Shown: positions 10,198 through 18,961, counted from the first letter of the stretch. The stretch is 64,000 nt of DNA from Leptospiraceae bacterium (GCA_040217195.1 JAVJNR010000008.1:64001-128000); one strand, 5' to 3'. Notes: generated by a model from the letters alone, not told the origin. Numbers and translations are program-made.

Positions 10198-10206
10198 GAG
10201 TACGGA

Positions 10207-11457
10207 ATGAAACAAATTGTAATTATTGGTGGTGGAACGGCAGGAACTATGATGGCTCATCATCTGGGCCGGAGATTAAAGTCCGGGGAATGGCAGATCA
10301 GTCTTATTGATCCGGAGCCAGAGCATTACTATCAACCAGGGTATCTTTTTATTCCCTTTGGATTCTACACCGAGCAGGACATCGTAAAAGAAAGGGGAGG
10401 GTTGCTTCCGAAAAGCACCAACTGGATTCAGCAAGAGGTAGAAGTCATTGAGCCGGAGCAGAATCGTCTGAAACTCCAGGATGGCCAGGTTTTGAATTAT
10501 GATATCCTGGTAATCGCCACCGGTTCGCGTATCGCTCCAGAGGAAACCCAGGGAATGCTGGGTTCGCAATGGCGAAAGAGCATATTCGATTTCTACAGCA
10601 TTGACGGTGCCAATGCTCTCTATCCTGCCATGGATTCTTTCAATGGAGGTAACATTGTAGTTCATGTGAATGAGATGCCCATTAAATGTCCCGTGGCTCC
10701 CCTGGAATTCAGTTTCCTGGCGGATTATTACTTTGAGAAGAAGGGCATTCGGGATAAGACCAAAATCACCTACGTCACTCCTCTGGGCGGTGCGTTTACG
10801 AAGCCGGTGGCTTCGGCCGCTCTGGGACATCTGATGCAGGACAAGAATATCGATGTAGTGGCTGATTATGCCGTGGAGATGATAGACAATGAGAAAAAGA
10901 AGCTTATCTCATACGATGGACGGGAAGTTCCCTTTGATCTTCTGGTAACGGTTCCTACCAATATGGGGGATCCTTTGATGGAGCGTTCTGATCTGGGAGA
11001 TGAGCTCAATTTCGTTCCGGTGGATAAGCATACTTTGCAGTCTAAGAAGGCAGACAACATTTTTGTCATAGGCGATGCCACAGATGTACCCACATCCAAA
11101 GCAGGTTCGGTTGGTCACTTTGAAGGGGAATTGTTAATCGAGAACATTCAACGTTATATCCGTGGAAAAGAACTGGAATCGTCTTTTGACGGTCATGCGA
11201 ACTGCTTCATTGAATCGGGTCATAAGAAGGGGCTGTTGATCGATTTCAATTACGATCAGGAACCGGTACCGGGAAAGTTCCCCCTGGCAGGTATCGGACC
11301 TATGTCACTGCTCAAGGAGAATCGAATGAATCATCTGGGAAAGCTGGCATTTAAATGGATTTACTGGAATATGATCGTAAAAGCGCGAAAAATCCCCATG
11401 GTATCAGCCAGAATGTCTACATCCGGGAAGAAAATTCAGAAATCATCGAAGGAATAG
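10207..11457 (+). CDS. sqr: Sulfide:quinone oxidoreductase (type III-like)
   Basis: GGGTAG FAD motif, HYYQPG, IKCPVAP and ANCFIE redox cysteines, IGDAT. Confidence 0.88.
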   Translation: MKQIVIIGGGTAGTMMAHHLGRRLKSGEWQISLIDPEPEHYYQPGYLFIPFGFYTEQDIVKERGGLLPKSTNWIQQEVEVIEPEQNRLKLQDGQVLNYDILVIATGSRIAPEETQGMLGSQWRKSIFDFYSIDGANALYPAMDSFNGGNIVVHVNEMPIKCPVAPLEFSFLADYYFEKKGIRDKTKITYVTPLGGAFTKPVASAALGHLMQDKNIDVVADYAVEMIDNEKKKLISYDGREVPFDLLVTVPTNMGDPLMERSDLGDELNFVPVDKHTLQSKKADNIFVIGDATDVPTSKAGSVGHFEGELLIENIQRYIRGKELESSFDGHANCFIESGHKKGLLIDFNYDQEPVPGKFPLAGIGPMSLLKENRMNHLGKLAFKWIYWNMIVKARKIPMVSARMSTSGKKIQKSSKE

Positions 11458-11470
11458 TGGAGGTTAGAAT

Positions 11471-11785
11471 ATGGCGGAATTTGAAGTTAAGGATGGTAAG
11501 GTTGAGCTGAACGATGATGGATTCCTTGTGAATCCAGATGATTGGAATCGTGATGTGGCCGAGGCTATTGCGCGATCCAACAAAGTCGAAATGACGGATC
11601 GGCACTGGGTAGTCATCGAATACATGCGAAAGGATTATCAGGAAAGTGGTAAATCACCTACGGTTCGCCGAATTACCAAGAATAGCGGAGTGGATACTAA
11701 AGAGCTATACAAATTGTTTCCAGTAAGACCCGGGGGAACTGCAGCGCGAATTGCAGGTGTTCCCAAACCAGAGGGTTGCGTTTAA
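11471..11785 (+). CDS. TusE/DsrC-family sulfur relay protein (single C-terminal Cys)
   Basis: DGFL..DW, HW..I.YMR, LFP, IAGVPKPEGCV; lacks the second Cys of true DsrC. Confidence 0.9.
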   Translation: MAEFEVKDGKVELNDDGFLVNPDDWNRDVAEAIARSNKVEMTDRHWVVIEYMRKDYQESGKSPTVRRITKNSGVDTKELYKLFPVRPGGTAARIAGVPKPEGCV

Positions 11786-11818
11786 GATGTCTGGAAGCAT
11801 ATCTAACAGGAGAAATGT

Positions 11819-12289
11819 ATGATTGACTTAAGTGGAGATAAAATATCGCTCATTATCAGCAAGGGTTCTCTGGAAGGTATCTATCCAGGTCTTATCATGG
11901 CCAATGGAGCCCGAGCCGAAGGAATGACTGTAAATCTGTTCTTTACCTTCTTCGGTCTGGATGCTGTCACTAAAAAGACCATGGAGCACATCAAGGTAGC
12001 CACCGTGGGCAATCCAGGAATGCATATCCCCACTGTGATCGGGATGTTGCCGGGAATGTCTGGTCTGGCCACTCATATGATGAATAAGAAGATGGAGGAC
12101 CTGGATATCCCGACCATCCCGGAATTCATTGAAATGATCCACGATACTGGGGCTGGCATGTACGGTTGTAAAGCATCTGTAGACATGTTCAAGCTAACCA
12201 GCGAGGACTTCTGCGAACAAATCGATGAAATCATTACCGTGGGCGCTTTCTATGAAATGGCTCATGGTGGCCAGATCGTTTTTACCTGA
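11819..12289 (+). CDS. DsrE2/DsrE/DrsH-like sulfurtransferase
   Basis: LFFTFFGL and YGCKASVDMF with the conserved Cys; AGGAG RBS. Confidence 0.88.
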   Translation: MIDLSGDKISLIISKGSLEGIYPGLIMANGARAEGMTVNLFFTFFGLDAVTKKTMEHIKVATVGNPGMHIPTVIGMLPGMSGLATHMMNKKMEDLDIPTIPEFIEMIHDTGAGMYGCKASVDMFKLTSEDFCEQIDEIITVGAFYEMAHGGQIVFT

Positions 12290-12481
12290 GTCTGACCGTT
12301 AATATGGCAGGGAAATTCAAGCCCTTCTTTGTTCCGGGTCGCAGCTGCAACGTTCGTAACAGTTTGCGCTCCATTCCATGGGCTGCTTGCTGAATGTCTG
12401 GTAACCTCTGTGCTGTGCAGGTCGACTGGAGGCATTCAACGGTAGCAATCTTCTTTCTGCCTGGTTGCGCAGCGAAACCCT

Positions 12482-13066
12482 TCACTTTTTGAAGAACTTT
12501 CGCAGACTGTGAATAATTCCGGGGGCTTCCTTTTCCATTCCGTAATTCAGTAGCCAATCCGGAATCATGGCAAGCCCCGGATCGAACCTTACCTGGTAGA
12601 TCATTAAAGTGCCAACTTCAGATGGAAAAAGCCTCCATGCACCTTCGTTGACTTTAATGGATCCGTCTGTTCTTTTCCATCGAAGGCCACGAATGTCCGG
12701 ATAGAACCGAGTTTCATTTAATGACCAGCGATCCTGTACGGGCCAGGGAAAGTCTAGAACGGAATGATAGTAGTACAGAGGACCCTTCCTGTATTTGAGT
12801 TTGTTTTCTTTTAATTTGGGAAATAGCTCATTTGTTAATTCTGGATTGGTAAGGGCTGCATAAACCCGATCCGGGCTGGCTGATATGTGACCGATGACGG
12901 TTACCACGCCCAGAGTCTTTCCATTCTTTTCTAAATGGGTAAAGATTCGGTCTCCCTGCGGAATGGATGAGAAGTTTTCTGGTATTAGCTTAGCTGGTTC
13001 GATAGCACTGATTCCAGTTGGCTGAGTCATCCACAGGGTGACTGCCAGAAGATAGACTGGCTTCAT
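12482..13066 (-). CDS. START/SRPBCC-domain secreted protein
   Basis: Signal peptide; FPWPVQDR, GAWRL and DPG..IPDWL motifs. Confidence 0.75.
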   Translation of the reverse strand: MKPVYLLAVTLWMTQPTGISAIEPAKLIPENFSSIPQGDRIFTHLEKNGKTLGVVTVIGHISASPDRVYAALTNPELTNELFPKLKENKLKYRKGPLYYYHSVLDFPWPVQDRWSLNETRFYPDIRGLRWKRTDGSIKVNEGAWRLFPSEVGTLMIYQVRFDPGLAMIPDWLLNYGMEKEAPGIIHSLRKFFKK

Positions 13067-13236
13067 AATCTGGAATCGTCACGGCTCTGGTGGATGGTGT
13101 CACTAATAAAAATTTAAGATCAGATTTTTCATTCCATTGCTCGGACCGGCCAGACCGGTCATATGGGTGACCTGAACGATTTTCAGTTTACTGCATCTGA
13201 TTTGCTAAGTCCGCAGCCGGGGATTCTATTGAGCTA

Positions 13237-14097
13237 TCAATCGTAGCTGGCGCTTTCTATGTTTCCTTTCCAGAATAGCCAGAACCCGTCCGGCAGATGC
13301 CAGCCCACTTCTGCGTAGAAAGGAATCATTACATTTCCTGCTCTGCGATAATCCCGAAACTTACCTTCCCAGGGATATTGAATGAATTTATCGCCAAACA
13401 AACCATAACGATTCTCTGTGTATATACCGGTTACTTCTCCGCGCTCATTGAATGAAAATAGTAATGATACGGATATTCCTGAATCGTTCAAGGTGGCCAT
13501 GGCTCGATTTTCATCCACGTATTTCCATTCCACTCCATTTTGTGGCAACAATGCCGTGGGATACCATACAGCTTCTGCCAGATATCTATAAAGTGCGGCC
13601 GAATTTAATTCTGGCTTATCTTCCTGACCGCCCATCTTGATCATGGAAAGCATCAGGACCTCACCGGAACCAGTACCAGCCCTGTAGGAATCTAGAACTC
13701 TAATAGATATTGCAGGTGCAATCGCCATTGATGCATCCCACAGGAAGGCCGGAACATCGGCTCTGGCCCAATGCAGCGCCTGGAAGTCTATGTATTTAGA
13801 GCCCTTCGGTGAAACCATCAATTCTCCCTCTTGAATCAACCGAACCTTTCTAAGAATTGGCTGTCCATCGGTCAGCACCAGGCGAAAGTATTTCTGTACA
13901 GGGGCAGGCAAATTCCTTAATGAGTCAAAGCTTACTGTTTCCAGACCGGGTTCGGGTTTCGCCTGACTTATTACTACTTCTGTTCTGGCCAGGATGCGCG
14001 ATGATTGATAAGAATAAAGTGCCAGTCCTGTGGCCAGAAACAATGAAAGCAGAATTAGAATAGTAGAAATGATTGGATGAGTTCGGATGTATTTCAT
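13237..14097 (-). CDS. DUF6544/DUF6920-like membrane-anchored protein
   Basis: N-terminal TM; LPAPVQKYF, RYLAEAVWYPTALLP, PWEG motifs. Confidence 0.75.
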   Translation of the reverse strand: MKYIRTHPIISTILILLSLFLATGLALYSYQSSRILARTEVVISQAKPEPGLETVSFDSLRNLPAPVQKYFRLVLTDGQPILRKVRLIQEGELMVSPKGSKYIDFQALHWARADVPAFLWDASMAIAPAISIRVLDSYRAGTGSGEVLMLSMIKMGGQEDKPELNSAALYRYLAEAVWYPTALLPQNGVEWKYVDENRAMATLNDSGISVSLLFSFNERGEVTGIYTENRYGLFGDKFIQYPWEGKFRDYRRAGNVMIPFYAEVGWHLPDGFWLFWKGNIESASYD

Positions 14098-14136
14098 GAA
14101 AAGTTGTACTTTGCTGTATGGCCTGGTGGTGCCGAA

Positions 14137-14481
14137 TCAGTCCACTCGCCGCAAATGTTTTAGTGCTTCTTCATCGTTGGGGTAGATGCTGAAAATATCT
14201 TTCATCCGAGCAAGGTCCAGAACATAGTCCACTACAGCAGATGGGTCGGATATTGCAAGAGCTGCTCCTCTACTTTCGCATTCCCGAGCAAGAGTTAGAA
14301 TCTTACCAATCCCGGTTGAGCTAATATCGCTAACATCAATCATGTTCAATACAATGAACCTCTTGGACTGATTCAGTGCTTCCGTAACGGCTTCAGAAAG
14401 CCTGGCCACATGCTCAAGGTCCAGTCTTCCCTTAAGGCGGAGCACAGAGGATCTGTCTAAATGCTGAACTTCAATGCGCAT
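14137..14481 (-). CDS. STAS-domain anti-sigma-factor antagonist
   Basis: GRLD, DISSTGIG phospho-Ser motif, 114 aa. Confidence 0.9.
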   Translation of the reverse strand: MRIEVQHLDRSSVLRLKGRLDLEHVARLSEAVTEALNQSKRFIVLNMIDVSDISSTGIGKILTLARECESRGAALAISDPSAVVDYVLDLARMKDIFSIYPNDEEALKHLRRVD

Positions 14482-14511
14482 TTCTTTAAGGCCTGGAATT
14501 GAGATATTCTG

Positions 14512-15921
14512 TCACGCAATTTTCCCGGCTCCCCGGAGTTCGAACAGAACCAGGGCTATATCATCGTCCAGGGGGGCACCGCCGGTCCAATCCGAGATAT
14601 ACTTTCGCAGAGATTGCAGCAGTTCATCACCGTTCAAATTGTGGTTGGTCAATAGAAATTGAGTCACGCCGGATTCGGTTAGCATTTCTCCCATCGGGTT
14701 TTCTGCTTCAATCAAACCGTCTGTGTAGATCAGCAATCGATCCTCTGGGTGCATGGGAATACTCTCTGTTTCGTATTCACCGTTCTCAAATAGTCCCAGG
14801 GGCCGACCGAAGGGTCTCAGGGATTCTACGCTCTTTGTAGATTCCCGGATGATCAGCGCCGGAGGATGTCCTCCATTGGTAATTGTGGCGATACCATTCT
14901 GGATATCATAGGAGATGTATGTGGCGGTCACGAACTGGGTCTCAATATTTCCCAGAAGCATGGAGTTCATGTTCTCCAGTACACGTTCCGGCTGCACATT
15001 ACTTTTCTTCTGGGTACTGAATAGTAAGTGCAGCATGGATACAATAAGTGCTGCAGGCATGCCGTGGCCTGATACATCGCACATCAGAATTCCCACTTCC
15101 TTATCTGTTACATGAAAATCGAAATAGTCTCCACCAACCTGAATCATGGGTTCATGTAAAGTTGAGATATGGACCTGAGCCGGGAATTGTTGATTGCCTG
15201 GCATGCTGGAGCGCTGGATGGCCCGTGCCATTTCTAACTCTTTTTCGATGGAGGCCCTGTGCGCCTCTGCCTCGCTGGTCCGGTGAATAAGCAGAAACGT
15301 TTTCTGAACAGAGGCTGAAACAATGAGTGCAATAATGATGTACTGCATTGGCTTTGTGAATATGATATCCACTGGATCTACGCTGGGCCCATTGATGTAC
15401 TCTCTCCAGTCGGTAGTGGTTTTAACATCGGTATAGACTAAAGCGACAGAAACTGTGATGTGGAATAACAAGCATATTCCCAGGGCATAGTAGGTCACTC
15501 TGGGATTGAACTGGAAGATGGTTGTTAGAATCACAATGGCCATGAAATTCCAGACCGGGACCTTGGCCATGAGACCCAGGTTGTCAGGAGAAATGGCAAG
15601 ACCCCAGTAGCAAATGACCGCGATTCCGATGCTCATATCACCCAGCATGGCCAGTAGATTCCAACGACGAATTCCTTCAACGCGGCTCCTTCGCAGTACC
15701 AGGGTATGTATAAAAGTGATGCTTAGATAAAAGATTGTTGCTATCGCATATACTAACGAAACGTAAGGATCTGTACTCTGCATTGCAGTGATCATGATGG
15801 GTACCACCAGAAGGAGCACCATCAGATACCGGAGTCGATTTATAGTTTTGCTGCTCTGTATCTCTTCTTCAGAGAATATGGCCCGGCCTGCCGGAGAAAG
15901 GGAACGAAATAACTGACTCAT
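14512..15921 (-). CDS. Membrane-bound SpoIIE/RsbU-type PP2C phosphatase
   Basis: About six TM helices, then ELEMARAIQ, GGDYFD, DVSGHG, YTDGL, DDIA. Confidence 0.92.
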   Translation of the reverse strand: MSQLFRSLSPAGRAIFSEEEIQSSKTINRLRYLMVLLLVVPIMITAMQSTDPYVSLVYAIATIFYLSITFIHTLVLRRSRVEGIRRWNLLAMLGDMSIGIAVICYWGLAISPDNLGLMAKVPVWNFMAIVILTTIFQFNPRVTYYALGICLLFHITVSVALVYTDVKTTTDWREYINGPSVDPVDIIFTKPMQYIIIALIVSASVQKTFLLIHRTSEAEAHRASIEKELEMARAIQRSSMPGNQQFPAQVHISTLHEPMIQVGGDYFDFHVTDKEVGILMCDVSGHGMPAALIVSMLHLLFSTQKKSNVQPERVLENMNSMLLGNIETQFVTATYISYDIQNGIATITNGGHPPALIIRESTKSVESLRPFGRPLGLFENGEYETESIPMHPEDRLLIYTDGLIEAENPMGEMLTESGVTQFLLTNHNLNGDELLQSLRKYISDWTGGAPLDDDIALVLFELRGAGKIA

Positions 15922-15997
15922 TTAGAACTTCTTTGCAGAGAATGTTCAACTGGATTCTAGCAACTATGATCTGTCAAAGTAGATTCAGTCTATTGGA

Positions 15998-16651
15998 TTA
16001 CCAGCAAACGCAAAGAAAGTGACGTGTATTGTCGCAGGTAACGGACTCAGTATTGATCCAGGTGGAATCTGTGGAGGTTCTCAGACCTGCCATACCGTTG
16101 AATCCAGCGGTACCATCGCCCCAGCTGTTGCAGTGATCCGCTGTTGTACTACCGTCAAAGTCGGTTCCTGTCCAGTAGCGTGTACCCACTGTTGCTACTC
16201 CGGCGCCGCTCAGGCTTATTGCAATGTTACCATCGAATAGAGCAGCCCAGGATGTTTCAATTTGGGTGGATGTTTCTGATACAATTGGCAAACCCGCGGG
16301 CACCCCATGGTTTCCCGGTGCATTTACGAGTGCATCACCGGGGTAGGAGAGAAAGGCCATATCATTGGTACAGGATAGGCCTGGCTTATAGGTAGTTCGT
16401 TCGCTTGTGCACGAAAACGATGTAATGGATCGATTCCCCCGGTTTCCCGGATGGAGTGCATTGGATGCAAATATGATAACCTGGCCTTGATTACTGGAGA
16501 GTAGGCCGGATTCCCCGGAAAGCACAGCCTGAAGGGCCATGGGGTCACAGCTGGCATCCTCCGTTCTGCAGTCCAGCTCATTGACCGAACAGGAGCTTCC
16601 TGCATTTGAGCTCAATGCCAGCAACAGAGACAATGTGATCCATCCTCTCAT
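15998..16651 (-). CDS. Secreted protein or lipoprotein with DUF1554/endostatin-like (Len-type) domain
   Basis: Signal peptide; YWTG...C..W and C-terminal C....FLCV pattern. Confidence 0.65.
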   Translation of the reverse strand: MRGWITLSLLLALSSNAGSSCSVNELDCRTEDASCDPMALQAVLSGESGLLSSNQGQVIIFASNALHPGNRGNRSITSFSCTSERTTYKPGLSCTNDMAFLSYPGDALVNAPGNHGVPAGLPIVSETSTQIETSWAALFDGNIAISLSGAGVATVGTRYWTGTDFDGSTTADHCNSWGDGTAGFNGMAGLRTSTDSTWINTESVTCDNTRHFLCVCW

Positions 16652-16693
16652 AACAGTAACTATTCATGATAACGGAGCATTCCTCAGATTGAG

Positions 16694-17695
16694 TCAATGG
16701 TTTTTGTTGCTAAGTCCAGCGTACGGATCCATTGTCTGAAATTCATATGGAATGACCAGATCTATGGATTCCTGGTGCGCTTTCTGTTTTAGCCAGTCCA
16801 TGGTGGAATCAAAATCATCCATGGCCGATGGCAGCGGCTTCAGTGGTTCATCCAGTGGAATCCAGAAATCATCCCAGTGAATGAGAATGATTCTTTCCGG
16901 ATTTACCGCTTGCACCACTTCTTTCCAATACCGGTCTCTGTAATCCGCACTCTGTTTGCCCAGAGCACCAACGCCCAGAAAGACCACATCCACATCCAAA
17001 CCATCTAACGCTCCAGGTTCGAAGCCCGCGCTGCCCTGAATCAAGGCTGAACCCTCAGGATGTTCAATAAGGACGCTGTAGCACTGACCCATGGCATATT
17101 CTTTGTAGCCCGCCGGCGGGAAAAGTGGTTCCGAAACTTCCGTGGGAGCAACCGGATTGGGACTATGGCGGGACTGTATGACTGTCAGTCGAAACTGTCC
17201 TATCTGCATGGGGCGTCCCATTTCTACCAGCTGGATTCTGTCTTCTTCCAGTCCATGCCCGATTGCAATGTTGGCCGAAGAGGGAGAACCAACCAGAGTT
17301 GCATTTGTGATCTTCGCCACATCTGCAGAATCCATGGCATGATCGTAATGCGAATGCAGTGGAACGATTACATCTAGCCTGGTTATTCCAGCCCGGTTCA
17401 AAGATCTTTTAATTGTCTCTTGATCCGGTTCCAGATCAAGAAATAGTACCCTGCCAAGCGAAGGACGAGAAAAAAATCCATCGGTCATAATATGCGACTG
17501 GCCATCCGTTATATAAATCGTAGACACTCCAAGAAATTGTGCCGAAAGCGGGCCTGACTTCTGGTCGGCTGGAGGGAATCGGATGTGAGAATACGAATCC
17601 AGGTTTCCCGGACGAGTGAGGAAGAACACGGCCATAGCTGCAACAGTGACCACAGAGATGAATATTGCGAAGCCGATCTTAACATAGCGCATCAC
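16694..17695 (-). CDS. MBL-fold metallo-hydrolase with N-terminal anchor
   Basis: HSHYDHAMD, DGFFSRP, IHWDDF motifs. Confidence 0.9.
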   Translation of the reverse strand: MMRYVKIGFAIFISVVTVAAMAVFFLTRPGNLDSYSHIRFPPADQKSGPLSAQFLGVSTIYITDGQSHIMTDGFFSRPSLGRVLFLDLEPDQETIKRSLNRAGITRLDVIVPLHSHYDHAMDSADVAKITNATLVGSPSSANIAIGHGLEEDRIQLVEMGRPMQIGQFRLTVIQSRHSPNPVAPTEVSEPLFPPAGYKEYAMGQCYSVLIEHPEGSALIQGSAGFEPGALDGLDVDVVFLGVGALGKQSADYRDRYWKEVVQAVNPERIILIHWDDFWIPLDEPLKPLPSAMDDFDSTMDWLKQKAHQESIDLVIPYEFQTMDPYAGLSNKNH

Positions 17696-17742
17696 CGATT
17701 GCAGGTCCCTGAATTCAGATTACCACAACTTTTCTGGCCGGT

Positions 17743-17852
17743 TGCGCTACCGCGCACCGCATGAATGATCCCGATAGCGGGTTCGCCCGTCGCCTCTCGG
17801 CATCCGTGCCTACGGCGACACTTGTCCATCCGTGGACATCGTCTGTCTACCC
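17743..17852. repeat. 110-bp direct repeat, copy 1 (tRNA-linked repeat core)
   Basis: Identical to 18063-18172 except at 2 positions; offset 320 bp. Confidence 0.95.
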
Positions 17853-17967
17853 TGCAGAGCAGCCTCCCGACCGCGGCGCCGCATGAAGCTCCGAGCACGG
17901 TTTACAGTTTTACAAAGTGGAGTTTCTGGAGATGGTTTTGGTGGCACGCGGCCGGAAGGCCGCACTG

Positions 17968-17987
17968 GATGCGGGGCAGACGGGACT
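17968..17987 (-). repeat. 20-bp duplication of the tRNA-Asp 3' end (att-like)
   Basis: GATGCGGGGCAGACGGGACT is identical to 18289-18308. Confidence 0.95.
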
Positions 17988-18062
17988 GCTCGTCGTTTCC
18001 CACTCCTCGCACATGGAAGGTAGGCAAGCGTCCCCGTGACCGTGTCTGCTTGCAATCGTATG

Positions 18063-18172
18063 TGCGCTACCGCGCACCGCATGAATGATCCCGAGAGCGG
18101 GTTCGCCCGTCGCCTCTCGGCATCCGTGCCTACGGCGACACTTGTCCATCCGTGGACATCGTCCGTCTACCC
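18063..18172. repeat. 110-bp direct repeat, copy 2 (tRNA-linked repeat core)
   Basis: Matches 17743-17852; contains GGCA-TCCG-TGCC and TGTCCA-TCCG-TGGACA hairpins. Confidence 0.95.
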
Positions 18173-18292
18173 ATATTGCAAATCTCGCCGTCCGCTCGGA
18201 CGCAACGGGAGCAATGGTTGGTTTGAAGGGAAGAGATAATTGGTCTGGATTTTTCGTTGGGTATCCGGGAGCGGACGCCCAGATTTGAGATG

Positions 18293-18366
18293 CGGGGCAG
18301 ACGGGACTTGAACCCGCGACCTCCGGTGTGACAGACCGGCACTCTAACCAGCTGAGCTACTGCCCC
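18293..18366 (-). tRNA. tRNA-Asp(GTC), CCA not encoded
   Basis: GGGGCAG TAGCTCAGCTGGTTAGAGT GCCGGT CT GTC AC ACCGG AGGTC GCGGG TTCAAGT CCCGT CTGCCCC G forms a full cloverleaf. Confidence 0.97.
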
Positions 18367-18377
18367 TCAGCGATGCA

Positions 18378-18920
18378 CTACTTTTGAGGGCTCCGGCTGG
18401 CCGTCAAATCATTCCCGGATTGAAGGCGTGCCTGCCAGCGAAAAAAATCAGCCCAGAGTGGCTCGCGCAGTATCTTTAAGAAATAGAGTGAGAGTGGGAT
18501 TTGAAATAGTCCAAATAGAAAACCAGGTAACGGTACTATAGAAAATATCAGGGCGGTTTTGAGCCAGCCAGCACTGCTAAGATATCGGGCCATACCGCAG
18601 GCTATGAGTACGTAAAAACCATGGAGCATGGAATACAGAGCATAGATAACGATGGGGCGATATAGGACCGGCCTTTGTTGATGCATCTCTGGACTGGTAA
18701 TCTGATTGCTTCTGGTATCTATCGCAGGCTCCCCTGGAAGCAAAACCATGTTAGGATGCTTGCTCCCGATATAGAACAGGCTACCGGCCCAGATTAACTG
18801 GAGGACTGTCAGAGTAAGGGTTGCTCGAATCATTCGAAGGAAGCGGGGACGAATGATTCCTGGATGCTGAAACATCCTTGCCTGGCCCTGATTGGACTGT
18901 GTTTGCTCTGGATTTTCCAT
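18378..18920 (-). CDS. Hypothetical membrane protein
   Basis: Three to four hydrophobic helices; lies downstream of the GT2 gene on the same strand. Confidence 0.65.
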   Translation of the reverse strand: MENPEQTQSNQGQARMFQHPGIIRPRFLRMIRATLTLTVLQLIWAGSLFYIGSKHPNMVLLPGEPAIDTRSNQITSPEMHQQRPVLYRPIVIYALYSMLHGFYVLIACGMARYLSSAGWLKTALIFSIVPLPGFLFGLFQIPLSLYFLKILREPLWADFFRWQARLQSGNDLTASRSPQK

Positions 18921-18961
18921 CGTATTGTCCCAATAGGATCAGGCCAGCCAGCGTCGGGGAT

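Noticed and set aside
11471..11785. True DsrC implying dissimilatory sulfur metabolism
   Set aside because: Lacks the second conserved Cys (CX10C) and no dsrAB is in the window
17743..18308. CRISPR array or prophage/genomic island interpretation of the repeats
   Set aside because: Only two units, a 110-bp repeat is far too long for CRISPR, there are no cas genes, and the 321 bp between tRNA-end copies holds no integrase or cargo gene
17692..18342. Several Arg-rich ORFs (63-107 aa) on both strands across the tRNA-linked repeat
   Set aside because: They arise from GC-rich palindromic sequence, overlap each other and the tRNA, and lack an RBS; a small peptide cannot be excluded without Ribo-seq
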